Part shown: piece by piece, positions 19,461 to 28,103 of the stretch
Layout: the number at the start of each line of letters is the position of its first letter
Position numbering within the stretch: position 1 is the stretch's first letter
NCBI GenBank assembly: GCA_038842485.1
Contig: JAWBSP010000002.1
Coordinates: forward strand, 1-60,762
Direction of reading: 5' to 3'
Source of the DNA: Candidatus Hadarchaeales archaeon
Lineage (GTDB): Archaea > Hadarchaeota > Hadarchaeia > Hadarchaeales > JAWBSP01
Length of the DNA stretch: 60,762 nt
The notes under the pieces: model-generated
Database searches by the model: none
Told to the model about the DNA's origin: nothing
The model's input: only the letters and a program-made list of their open reading frames with translations
Translations under genes and position numbers: made by a program

Positions 19461-20348
19461 ATGGAAGAAAAGGCAAGCCTCCTGCTTGAGGCTCTTCCCT
19501 ACATCCAACGCTTTCACGGGAAGAGCATGGTTATCAAAATAGGAGGGGAGATCATCGACCATGAGAGGCTTCTGAAGAGTATGCTCAGGGATATCGTCCT
19601 TTTGAGCTACGTGGGCATGAAACCAGTCGTAGTTCACGGGGGCGGGAAGGAGATAAGCAGGGAACTCCGCAAGCTGGGTAGAACTCCGAAGTTCGTTGAG
19701 GGTCTGAGGGTAACGGATGAGGCCACCATAGAGATTCTTCATGAGCAGCTAGCGGGGAAGCTGAACAAGGAGCTGGTCTCCATCATCGCCTCCAACGGGG
19801 GGAGGGCGGTGGGACTATCTGGTCTGGACGGCAACCTCGTCAAGGCCAGAAAGCTCATCCTCAAGACCAACCGGGAGGGAAAGGAGGTGGAGGTGGATCT
19901 GGGTTACGTCGGGGAGGTGGAGGAGGTGAATGCGGCGCTGGTGGAGTACCTGCTCAACACCGGCTACATTCCCGTCATAGCCCCAATGGGGATAGACTCG
20001 GAGGGGCATCCGCTCAACATCAACTCAGATCCGCTGGCTGCGGAGCTGGCGAAAGCTCTTAAGGCTGCCAAGCTCATCTTGGTTACGGATGTTCCAGGGG
20101 TTCTGAGGGATATCAAGGATTTCTCCACCCTGATTCCTCGGCTCACGGTTGCCGAGGCTCGCAAACTGCTGGAGGAGAAGGTTGTGAAGGGGGGGATGAT
20201 CCCCAAACTCGAGGCCTCCATCAGGGCGGTGGAGGGCGGGGTGGGGGCAGCCCACATCGTGAGTGGCCACATCCCTCACGTTCTTCTTCTTGAGCTCCTC
20301 ACCGAGAAAGGTGTGGGAACCATGATCGAGCTTGGAGCGAATCCTTGA
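19461..20348 (+). CDS. argB: Acetylglutamate kinase
   Basis: 'ALPYIQRFHGKSMVIKIGGE' and 'VVVHGGG' amino-acid-kinase motifs. Followed by argD-argF. Confidence 0.9.
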   Translation: MEEKASLLLEALPYIQRFHGKSMVIKIGGEIIDHERLLKSMLRDIVLLSYVGMKPVVVHGGGKEISRELRKLGRTPKFVEGLRVTDEATIEILHEQLAGKLNKELVSIIASNGGRAVGLSGLDGNLVKARKLILKTNREGKEVEVDLGYVGEVEEVNAALVEYLLNTGYIPVIAPMGIDSEGHPLNINSDPLAAELAKALKAAKLILVTDVPGVLRDIKDFSTLIPRLTVAEARKLLEEKVVKGGMIPKLEASIRAVEGGVGAAHIVSGHIPHVLLLELLTEKGVGTMIELGANP

Positions 20349-21516
20349 ACTCTACTCCAAACATATAGCCCAGACCTACCGCCGGCAGCCAATCTCCTTC
20401 TCGCGCGGGAGAGGTGTTTATCTCTGGGATTTGAAGGGGAAGAGGTACGTGGATTTTGTGGGTGGGATAGCGGTGTGTGCTCTAGGACATTGTCACCCTT
20501 CAGTGGTGAAATCCATCAGGGAGCAGGCTGGAAAGCTCCTGCATGTTTCAAATCTTTACTACATCCGGGAGCAGGCCGAGCTTTCCTCCCTTCTTTCAGA
20601 AGTTTGTCCGAGGGGAATACAAAAATTCTTCTTCTGCAACTCGGGAACGGAGGCGGTGGAGGCCTCGCTGAAGCTCGCCATCAGGCACTCCAAGAGGGAG
20701 AAGATAATTGCCATGCAGGGAGCCTTCCACGGCAGGACGGCCGCATCCCTCGCAGCGACCTGGAAGCCCTCTTTCCGCGAGCCCTTTGCGCCGCTTCTCC
20801 CCAAAAACGTGGAGTTTGTTCCGTTTGACGATTTGGGTGCGCTGGAGAAGGTAGCCGACGAGAAAACGGCCGCGGTTATTTTGGAACCCATCCAGGCGGA
20901 GGAGGGTGTGAGAGTTCCCTCCCCAAGGTTCCTCCCAGGGGTCAGGAAGCTCTGTTCGGAGCGCGGAATTCTGCTAATCTTGGATGAGGTTCAGACAGGT
21001 TTCTGCAGGACTGGGCGATGGTTTGCCTGCGAGCACTGGGGGGTCACACCGGATGAGCTCACCATGGCTAAGGCACTTGGTGGGGGCTTCCCCATCGGTT
21101 GCTTGGGGGCGAGGAAGGAGGTGATGGATTCCTTCCAGCCTGGGGATCACGCCTCGACCTTCGGTGGCAACCCCCTAGCATGTGAGGTGGCGCGGGCTGT
21201 TATCAGAACCATGAGGAGGCTGGATCTACCCAGGAAGGTGACCAAGACGGGCAGGTATTTCAAGCGCAGGCTGGAAGAGCTGGCGGAGCATTTCAAGATA
21301 GTCTCGGAGGTGAGGGGAATGGGGCTACTCTTGGGGATGGAGTTGAGTTCCAAGGAGTACGCGGAAAAGGCAGTGGAGGGATGCTTGAAGCGCGGCTACC
21401 TGATCAACTGCACCGCCGAAAGGGTGCTCAGGTTCGTTCCCCCGCTAGTGGTTCAGGAGGAGCATATAGATGGATTAATTTCAGCCCTCGAGGAAGTCCT
21501 GAGGGAGATGGCATGA
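20332..21516 (+). CDS. argD: Acetylornithine aminotransferase (class III PLP)
   Basis: 'NSGTEAVEASLKLA', 'LDEVQTGFCRTG' and 'MAKALGGGFPIG' (PLP lysine). TTG start. Confidence 0.9.
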   Translation: MERILELYSKHIAQTYRRQPISFSRGRGVYLWDLKGKRYVDFVGGIAVCALGHCHPSVVKSIREQAGKLLHVSNLYYIREQAELSSLLSEVCPRGIQKFFFCNSGTEAVEASLKLAIRHSKREKIIAMQGAFHGRTAASLAATWKPSFREPFAPLLPKNVEFVPFDDLGALEKVADEKTAAVILEPIQAEEGVRVPSPRFLPGVRKLCSERGILLILDEVQTGFCRTGRWFACEHWGVTPDELTMAKALGGGFPIGCLGARKEVMDSFQPGDHASTFGGNPLACEVARAVIRTMRRLDLPRKVTKTGRYFKRRLEELAEHFKIVSEVRGMGLLLGMELSSKEYAEKAVEGCLKRGYLINCTAERVLRFVPPLVVQEEHIDGLISALEEVLREMA

Positions 21517-22433
21517 GGAATCTTCTATCCATTTTGGATCTGAGCAGGGAGGAGCTCCTCGGACTCATCGACCGAACCATAGAATTCAAGGCTGGGAGGA
21601 GCGTCAGGCCGCTGGAGGGGAAGAGCGTGGCGCTCGTCTTCCAGAAGCCCTCCACGAGGACACGGGTGAGCTTCGAGGTTGCCGTAACCCAGCTCGGCGG
21701 GCACCCCATTTACTTGGGCTGGGGTGACCTGCAGCTGGGGAGGGGGGAGACCATCGCCGACACGGCAAGGGTTCTTTCTAGGTACGTGGATGTGGTGGTC
21801 ATGAGGCTCTTCAAGCATGCCGACCTGCTGGAGTTCTCAAGGCACTCGACGGTTCCCGTCATCAATGCCCTCACGGACGTGGAGCATCCCTGTCAGATAA
21901 TCGCGGACCTGGTGACGCTGAAGGAGAGGTTTGGGAGGCTGGAGGGTCTGAAGATCTCTTGGGTGGGGGACGGAAACAACGTCTGTAACTCCCTCGCACT
22001 CGCCTGTTCCCTGCTCGGTCTGCACCTCACGCTGGCTATCCCTGAGGGATTCGAGCCGAACCTTCTCGGAAGGGCCCTGGAGGTGGCCAAGCGTAGCGGC
22101 TCCAAGGTCGAGCTCCTGCACGAACCTGAGAAAGCAGTTAGGGGGGCCGATGCGATTTACACGGATGTATTTGTCAGCATGGGTCAGGAGGCGGAGGCGG
22201 AGCGGAGGAGGGCCATCTTCTACCCCAAGTATCAGGTCAACCGGGCTCTCCTCTCCCTCGCCAAGCCAGAGGCGGTGGTCATGCATTGCCAGCCATGGAG
22301 AATAGGGGAAGAAATCTCTGAGGAAGTGGCCTACTCTGAAAGGTGTGTGGCTTTCCAGCAGGCTGAAAACAGGCTGCACTCCTCCAAGAGCATTCTGGAG
22401 TTCTGCCTCACTCCTTCCCGGCCCTCCGCCTGA
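21513..22433 (+). CDS. argF: Ornithine carbamoyltransferase
   Basis: 'FQKPSTRTRVSFE', 'HPCQIIADL' and 'DVFVSMG' are present; the HCLP-type motif is present as 'HCQPW'. ATG at 21513 overlaps the argD stop (ATGA) and gives ~306 aa. Confidence 0.9.
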   Translation: MRNLLSILDLSREELLGLIDRTIEFKAGRSVRPLEGKSVALVFQKPSTRTRVSFEVAVTQLGGHPIYLGWGDLQLGRGETIADTARVLSRYVDVVVMRLFKHADLLEFSRHSTVPVINALTDVEHPCQIIADLVTLKERFGRLEGLKISWVGDGNNVCNSLALACSLLGLHLTLAIPEGFEPNLLGRALEVAKRSGSKVELLHEPEKAVRGADAIYTDVFVSMGQEAEAERRRAIFYPKYQVNRALLSLAKPEAVVMHCQPWRIGEEISEEVAYSERCVAFQQAENRLHSSKSILEFCLTPSRPSA

Positions 22434-22532
22434 GTCTCCTCAGCTTCCTGCGCATCCGTTTTCTGACCCACTTCCAGCGCATCCTTCTGCGCTTCTTCCA
22501 CTTTCTTGGTCTCTTCCCCATCCAACCACCTA

Positions 22533-23609
22533 CTAGAGGACTGGTATCAGAATGATGTCCTTGGAGGTCTCGTGGAGCTCGCACTGGACGATGATTCTCC
22601 CAGCCTCCTCCGGCACCTCAACCCTGTAAATGACCGGGAGCTGGTACATGCCCAGCGCGGCATTCAGCCCTGAGTCTATCACCTTGTTGGCGAAATTGTC
22701 AATCGAGACCACAGCTGCCTGGGTGGAGCCAGCCATCCTAGCCTTGATGGTTTCCCAGACATCTGTGGCGTAGGAATAACTGGTGGTATCGGTGCTGTAG
22801 GACCAGCTGATGGAGGAGAGGACCTCTTGTGGGTAGACCGCCCCTAGGATCCTCGCATTCCCCACCAGCAGGGTGATCTGTTTGCTCGAGGGATCATAGA
22901 GGTATATGTTCACCAGCTTTCCGGGCCTAACATTTGGGGTGCGGGAGAAAGTGTCCTGGACAGGAACCTCCACCAGAGTGGTGCTCGTGATGTCCAGCTT
23001 CCTCAAATCCGTCCAGCTCTTCGATTGGATGTACTCTGCGGCGTTCTCGGGGCTCATGCTGAGCCAGCTCTTTCCCTCCACAACCAGCCAGACTCTCTTG
23101 TAGTTCTCGAGCTCCTCCAATCTGCGTGAGAAGTAGTTCCTCCACGCCGAGGTCATCTCCTGGTTGATGGTGGGCTCAAGTGCTTGTAGTTCAGCCAAGG
23201 TGGTCTTTGAATTGATCTGGTTCTTCAGGATCGAAGCCGTGTAGAAGAGTTCTGGTGTATCTTGGGAGGAGTGATACATGCCATTTGCAGCCTCATCCAC
23301 CCTCGCCAGCAGTTCCTGCCGCTTCCTCTCTCGGGAGGCAACCGACCGGGCGTCTGCGAGGATCTGCTGGATTTCTCCTGCCGTCTTGGCTGAGGCTATG
23401 CGCGAGGAGTATTCTTGGCGGGCGCTAATAGCTTGCGGGGTGTTCAGGTTGGTGTAGAGGGCTCCGACCTCGCGGAGGGCTGAGGTTTTCTCCGTTTCAA
23501 GCTTCTCGGTCCTTGGTTTTACGAGAAGGAAGTGATAGGCGAAAAACCCCACGATTCCAATGATGAGGAAAAATACCGCGGCTCCTATCACAGGACGTAT
23601 ATCAGGCAT
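22533..23609 (-). CDS. N-terminally anchored pilus-locus protein, possibly CpaB/RcpC-like
   Basis: Clear ORF with one N-terminal TM ('IGAAVFFLIIGIVGFFAYHFLLV') and a long helical region. The C-terminal pattern ('GKLVNIYLYD..ITLLVGNARILGAV' ... 'PVIYRVEVPEEAGRIIVQCEL') loosely resembles CpaB. The function is inferred only from this pattern and from being divergent to a MinD/TadZ-like gene. Confidence 0.45.
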   Translation of the reverse strand: MPDIRPVIGAAVFFLIIGIVGFFAYHFLLVKPRTEKLETEKTSALREVGALYTNLNTPQAISARQEYSSRIASAKTAGEIQQILADARSVASRERKRQELLARVDEAANGMYHSSQDTPELFYTASILKNQINSKTTLAELQALEPTINQEMTSAWRNYFSRRLEELENYKRVWLVVEGKSWLSMSPENAAEYIQSKSWTDLRKLDITSTTLVEVPVQDTFSRTPNVRPGKLVNIYLYDPSSKQITLLVGNARILGAVYPQEVLSSISWSYSTDTTSYSYATDVWETIKARMAGSTQAAVVSIDNFANKVIDSGLNAALGMYQLPVIYRVEVPEEAGRIIVQCELHETSKDIILIPVL

Positions 23610-23662
23610 TACCCTCTCACGAAGGGGATAAAAATCGCTTTTCGTCTGAGCCTGAGAATAGG

Positions 23663-24355
23663 ATGCGGAGGATTGCCATCGCCTCGGGGAAGGGGGGAGT
23701 GGGTAGAACCGTTTTGACGGCGAACTTGGGCGTGGCTCTGGCCACGGTGGGTAAGAAAGTTCTCCTCATGGACGCGGGGTTCACCACCCCCGATTTAGCT
23801 CTTTTCTTCAAGCTGGAGAGGGCCCTCTACACCCTGAACGATGTGCTGGCCGGGGAACTTTCACCCCAAGATGCGATGTATGAGGGTCCGCGGGGAGTCA
23901 AGGTCATGCCTCTCGGCACCACACCCGAGCACATGAAGAAAGCCTTTCCAGCTAGGTACCCCGCCCTGGTGAAAAAAATCGAGGGTTTTGATTTTATTCT
24001 AATCGACACGCCGGCTGGGGTGAAGAGGGAGAGCATGGCCGGTCTGCGTTCTGCTGAGGAGGTCCTCTTCGTCACGCCTCCAGATGTGGTTTCCCTTTCG
24101 GATACCCTCAAGTCCGTGGCAGTGGCCGACCTGCTGGGTCTGAAGAAGCTTGGAGTCATCGTGAATCGAAAGAGGGGAGAGGATTTTGAGGTGCCCTCAA
24201 AGGAAATCGAAAGGTTCTTGGACATGCGAGTCTTGGCAGAAATCCCGGAAGACAAAAAGGTCGCCAAGGCCACGGCAACGGGGAAGCTCTTTCTGCTTGA
24301 GGCCCCAAGCGCGCGGGCTTCTAGGGTTCTCCTCCAGTTGGCCAAAAATCTTTAG
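23663..24355 (+). CDS. MinD/ParA-family (TadZ/CpaE-like) ATPase with atypical Walker A
   Basis: 'IAIASGKGGVGRTVLTANLG' keeps the signature Lys, but the P-loop GK(T/S) Lys is Arg (codon AGA). 'FILIDTPAG' is the Walker B. Confidence 0.8.
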   Translation: MRRIAIASGKGGVGRTVLTANLGVALATVGKKVLLMDAGFTTPDLALFFKLERALYTLNDVLAGELSPQDAMYEGPRGVKVMPLGTTPEHMKKAFPARYPALVKKIEGFDFILIDTPAGVKRESMAGLRSAEEVLFVTPPDVVSLSDTLKSVAVADLLGLKKLGVIVNRKRGEDFEVPSKEIERFLDMRVLAEIPEDKKVAKATATGKLFLLEAPSARASRVLLQLAKNL

Positions 24356-24729
24356 AGAGTGGGCAGCCTTCCCCGGATGGTCGCCTTAACGTAACTGAGC
24401 ATGAGTTTTTGATACTCCAGCAGGAGCTTCCTCCTGGCGCTTTCCAGTTTTCTGAGTCCTTGGTCATAACGTCTGACTCTCAGGGCTATGATAAGGAGGG
24501 CCACCGCCTCGCCAAAAATGAGGAGACCGAAGGAACTTGAGTAGGTCATTCCCTGCTCCACGATTTGTGGTCGAAAAACCAGCAGGGTGGAGAAGAAGCA
24601 GGCGAAGCCGAAGATCCAGCTCGAGAGACTGAACCTCAGCATCTCGTTGAGATAGTTCCACCTCGCCCGTGTTAACTCCCTCATCTCAGCGGAGAGACCG
24701 TCAAGTTCTTTTTTTATCTCACTTACCAT
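24352..24729 (-). CDS. Small two-TM membrane protein (pilus-locus associated, unknown family)
   Basis: ATG at 24729 overlaps the stop of the upstream MinD gene by 11 nt. Layout is a coiled N-terminus, two hydrophobic helices and a basic coiled C-terminus. Confidence 0.5.
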   Translation of the reverse strand: MVSEIKKELDGLSAEMRELTRARWNYLNEMLRFSLSSWIFGFACFFSTLLVFRPQIVEQGMTYSSSFGLLIFGEAVALLIIALRVRRYDQGLRKLESARRKLLLEYQKLMLSYVKATIRGRLPTL

Positions 24730-25426
24730 GCTCGACCAGCACCCGCGCCAGTTTTCTGAAGGCCTTGGATGCGGAGGAGCGGGGGGAAAAGATGAGAACG
24801 GGCTCGCCAACCGAGGAGGCCCTGGCTACCTGTGGATCATCCGGGATTTCCCCCAAGATTGTTGCCCCGACGGTGAGACCGACCTTTCTAGAGGAAATCC
24901 CCCATCTACCCACTCTGTTGAGAATCAGTCCGGTCAGCCTGAGGCCTGCCCGTTCCACCATACTTTTGGCATTCATGGCATTGGTGATGGAGGCGAAGTC
25001 CGGATTAAGGACGATGGCAGCCTCCTGGGCCGAACTGAGTGGTGCGAGGGTGTCCTCCCCAAACCCCGAGGGGCAGTCGAGCAGGAGGAAGTCGGCATCC
25101 CTCGACAGGCTCTGTACGGCTGGTTTTATCCGCTCCAGCCTCATGGACTCGACACCCTCAAGCGAGAGTCCGCAGGGGACCACCGCAAGGTTGTGGAAGC
25201 TCCTGTAGACGGCTCTCTCCACCTTGGCCTTCCCAGCCAGAACCTCGTGGAGGGTTATTTTTTTGTCATGCAGTCCCAGCATCAGCCCGACGTTTGCCAT
25301 GGTGAGATCCGCATCCACCACCACGGTTTTCTTTCCAAGCTCCGCCAAAGCCGTTCCTAGGTTACATGCCACGGTGCTCTTTCCCGTCCCCCCCTTCCCC
25401 GAAACCAGAGCTATGACCCTTCCCAC
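24719..25426 (-). CDS. MinD/ParA-family ATPase (canonical Walker A)
   Basis: 'VIALVSGKGGTGKSTVACNLGTALAELGKKTVVVDADL' and 'DFLLLDCPSG'. GTG start. Confidence 0.85.
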   Translation of the reverse strand: MGRVIALVSGKGGTGKSTVACNLGTALAELGKKTVVVDADLTMANVGLMLGLHDKKITLHEVLAGKAKVERAVYRSFHNLAVVPCGLSLEGVESMRLERIKPAVQSLSRDADFLLLDCPSGFGEDTLAPLSSAQEAAIVLNPDFASITNAMNAKSMVERAGLRLTGLILNRVGRWGISSRKVGLTVGATILGEIPDDPQVARASSVGEPVLIFSPRSSASKAFRKLARVLVEHGK

Positions 25427-25434
25427 TTATATTT
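25427..25434. promoter_or_regulatory. TATA-like box (TTATATTT) in the 40-bp divergent gap between the MinD gene and the pilin operon
   Basis: AT-rich octamer about 33 nt upstream of ATG 25467. A GGTGA Shine-Dalgarno-like element lies at 25453-25457. Confidence 0.3.
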
Positions 25435-25466
25435 CAGCGCATTTGCTTAAAGTGGTGAAAATTTTG

Positions 25467-25895
25467 ATGCGCGGTCAAGTGAGTATAGAGTTCCTCTTCA
25501 TCTTTTCCGCCCTCCTCATGGTTTTCGCTGGTATTTCGATGAGCACCTATCAGAGGGGGAGGGGAGACCTAGAGGAGGTGCTGGGGTTGATGGAGGCGAG
25601 GGGGGCGGCAACAACCTTGGTCAACGCTCTAAATTCCGTTTACTGCGACGGGCCTGGGGCGAGGCAGACGGTATATTACTGTGTGCCCGAGGGTGCCTCC
25701 ATCCTTCTCTATCCCAAGGAAAACGTGTGGGTGCTGGCAGTGGTACTTGGCTCGGAGAACGTGGAACTTCCGACGCTCCTGAACAAAAAGTTACCGATTT
25801 CTGGGGGCTGGGTTAGCGGACGAAGGCACCGAACCTCCTTCAGGTTCGAGAACGTGGGGAACGGCATTCTCATCAGCGATAATGTGTTACCATGA
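25467..25895 (+). CDS. Class III signal peptide (prepilin-like) protein 1
   Basis: N-terminus 'MRGQVSIEFLFIFSALLMVFAGI' has a short basic leader, G/Q, then x-S-x-E-F-L and a hydrophobic helix (DUF361/Flp-like). Confidence 0.7.
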   Translation: MRGQVSIEFLFIFSALLMVFAGISMSTYQRGRGDLEEVLGLMEARGAATTLVNALNSVYCDGPGARQTVYYCVPEGASILLYPKENVWVLAVVLGSENVELPTLLNKKLPISGGWVSGRRHRTSFRFENVGNGILISDNVLP

Positions 25896-26332
25896 GGGGC
25901 CAAGTTGCCGTTGAGTACCTAGTAATTTTCGCTGCTTTCCTAGCAATCTTCGGCGGGGTGATTTGGCCCAGAGTCATTTCCCCAGCCCAGCAAACAGCGA
26001 TTGATGTTTTTCACCTCTCGCGCGCGAGGGAGCTGGCGGACAGGCTGGCCGAAATGATGAACTCGGTCTGCGCCTCCGGCGAGGGGGCGGTGAGATCGTG
26101 CTGGATCGAGCTTGGGGCTGGTTGCAGGGTGATTTTTGAGAACTCTGGAAGGGCACGGGTGGTGGTGGAGGCGATGGGGGAAAGCTTCGAGGTTCCCGTT
26201 AGGTTTGGGGTTTCAGGGGAGAATTACCTCGCCCCCGGAACCTACTGGATTTGTGTTAGGTGGCCTCCGCGCGGGGAACCAGCTGGAATTTCCTGGGGTG
26301 AGAACCTTGTGGTGTCGGTCAGGCCGGGATAG
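25892..26332 (+). CDS. Class III signal peptide (prepilin-like) protein 2
   Basis: 'MRGQVAVEYLVIFAAFLAIFGGVIW'. ATGA overlap with the previous gene. Confidence 0.7.
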   Translation: MRGQVAVEYLVIFAAFLAIFGGVIWPRVISPAQQTAIDVFHLSRARELADRLAEMMNSVCASGEGAVRSCWIELGAGCRVIFENSGRARVVVEAMGESFEVPVRFGVSGENYLAPGTYWICVRWPPRGEPAGISWGENLVVSVRPG

Positions 26333-26735
26333 GGGCTTCTTCTCCTTGGACTTCATTCTGGCTTTAACCGTAATCCTCACGACTTTTTCCTCGGTTTTCA
26401 TGATCTACCAGAACTGGAAGGGTCTGGCAAGGGGGCTGGGTGCACAGGTGGGGGCGAGGGCGGTCTGCCAGAAACTTGCCACGGCCGTTAACATGGTGTA
26501 CTCAAACCACCCTAGGGAGAACGAGAACTTCCTGCTGAGGTTTTTCCTCCCCCCGACGCTGTCTGGCATGGATTATGAAGTCTCCTTCTCAGACAACAGG
26601 ATTTGGGTTTCTGGAGAGTTCGGCTCGGTCTGTGTGTTGGTGTGCTATGACAACGTCTTGGTTCAGATCGACAACTATCTTAAGCCGGTGGTAGCGAAGT
26701 GGACCGCTGGGCGAGTAGAGGTGAGGAACGAATGA
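26298..26735 (+). CDS. Prepilin-like protein 3 (FxFSLD-type N-terminus; GTG/TTG start uncertain)
   Basis: '..RSGRDRG FFSLDFILALTVILTTFSSVF'. Candidate starts are GTG 26298 or TTG 26307, overlapping the end of the previous gene. Confidence 0.55.
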   Translation: MRTLWCRSGRDRGFFSLDFILALTVILTTFSSVFMIYQNWKGLARGLGAQVGARAVCQKLATAVNMVYSNHPRENENFLLRFFLPPTLSGMDYEVSFSDNRIWVSGEFGSVCVLVCYDNVLVQIDNYLKPVVAKWTAGRVEVRNE

Positions 26736-27112
26736 GGGGGCAGACCAGTCTGGAGTTCCTGATTTTCCTCGCTGCGGTTCTCACCGTGGCAACTTTTCTC
26801 GTGCATTCCTCCACGGGGAGATCGAGGAAGGAGCCGGTGCTGTCGGGTGCAAGAGCGGGGCTGGAGAACGCCATCGCTTTCCTGCGGGAGCAAGGTGGTG
26901 GGGAATTTGCCGTTGAACGCGCCCAGCTCTCGGGGAGGGAGCTCTATTTTAGGGTTAGGGTGAGGGGGGCTTCCTGGACCGAGAGCGAGATGGAGAACCT
27001 GCTCCGGGCCGAAGCTCTGAGATTCCTATGCTATACCTTGACCGGTTCTTTTCCGGAGGAGCCCAAGCCGGTGGGAGGTTACGATGTCAGGGTGGAAGTT
27101 GAGAGACTGTAA
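26732..27112 (+). CDS. Class III signal peptide (prepilin-like) protein 4
   Basis: 'MRGQTSLEFLIFLAAVLTVATFLV'. ATGA overlap with the previous gene. Confidence 0.7.
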   Translation: MRGQTSLEFLIFLAAVLTVATFLVHSSTGRSRKEPVLSGARAGLENAIAFLREQGGGEFAVERAQLSGRELYFRVRVRGASWTESEMENLLRAEALRFLCYTLTGSFPEEPKPVGGYDVRVEVERL

Positions 27113-28103
27113 GGGGCAGATCTTTACCTTAGATACCTTTTTTGCCATTGGGGTCTTCGCACTTGCGGTAGCTCAGCTGGGGGTGGTTTTTAGCGAGGTA
27201 TACGGTAGATCCCATCAGCAGTGGATGACGCACTCGCTGGAGAGGATTGCCAACGATGCGGCGGACATTCTCGTGTACACTGCTGGCACCCCTCTCGACT
27301 GGGCCGACAACCTAGCCACTTTAAGGGTTCCCGGACTGACCGAGAATTCAGGGAGCGAGGCTAACCGGTGCGTGCTTGATCCTTGGAGAATTAGTAGGTT
27401 CAAGCAACTGATCGAGAACGATTTTTACTCGGGCTTCGTCAGAGAGAGGCTGTTTGGAAACCACCGCTTTCTGGTGAGGATCGGGTTCCGGAAGGCCGTC
27501 TATCAGAATGGGAGCTATGCCGTCACCGAGAACTTCCTCCTGTGCGGGGAGATGCCGGAAAACGCTGTTCAGGCAGCGAAGGCACGGCGCCCTGTCCTCC
27601 TGCGGGGTGGAGGAGCCAAGCTCTTTGCGTCGGTCGATGCGCTGCTCGATAATGTCACTGAAAACCAGGATAATTTGAGCTTTTCCCTCACCGAAAGTGA
27701 GCTGTCCGCTCTCGATCTTTACATAAGAGTGTCCACGGATGAAGCCTCTCCAGTTGATAATGTCCGTTTGGGGGTCAATGGGGATCCTCCCTCTAATCTG
27801 GGCGAGATAAGCAAAGGCTATATCTATCTGTTCACCATGGGAGCGGTAGAAGGATTTCCCAATCCCTCAGCGGCGGGTCACTGGGTTTCGAGTGGCGGTA
27901 TAGAAAACGATGTATGGCTGAACCCTTTCCGATTGCCTCATGCTGGGGTCAACCAAATTCAGTGGGTTGTGCGTGGGGAGGACGGGGACTGGGCATCCAT
28001 CCAGGTTATAGGGGTACCTTCCGGTCTACCAGCTACACTCGTTCGGGAGCTCGATCCAGAGGGTCTAATGATAGGGTTTGTGGAGGTCATCGTATGGAGA
28101 TAG
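27084..28103 (+). CDS. Large prepilin-like protein 5 (339 aa)
   Basis: 'MSGWKLRDCKGQ IFTLDTFFAIGVFALAVAQLGVVF', then about 300 aa of extracellular-looking sequence. Confidence 0.6.
   Translation: MSGWKLRDCKGQIFTLDTFFAIGVFALAVAQLGVVFSEVYGRSHQQWMTHSLERIANDAADILVYTAGTPLDWADNLATLRVPGLTENSGSEANRCVLDPWRISRFKQLIENDFYSGFVRERLFGNHRFLVRIGFRKAVYQNGSYAVTENFLLCGEMPENAVQAAKARRPVLLRGGGAKLFASVDALLDNVTENQDNLSFSLTESELSALDLYIRVSTDEASPVDNVRLGVNGDPPSNLGEISKGYIYLFTMGAVEGFPNPSAAGHWVSSGGIENDVWLNPFRLPHAGVNQIQWVVRGEDGDWASIQVIGVPSGLPATLVRELDPEGLMIGFVEVIVWR

Noticed and set aside
22284-22298. ArgF active-site motif reads HCQPW instead of the usual HCLPA.
   Set aside because: The other OTCase motifs (STRTR, HPxQ, DxxxSMG) are intact and the catalytic Cys is present. 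It is probably lineage variation rather than a change of function, and I cannot evaluate it without an alignment.
22331-22525. 64-aa acidic ORF (MDGEETKKVEEAQKD...) on the minus strand, downstream of the CpaB-like gene.
   Set aside because: It overlaps the last ~100 nt of argF, whose length and C-terminus are normal. It is a low-complexity sequence.
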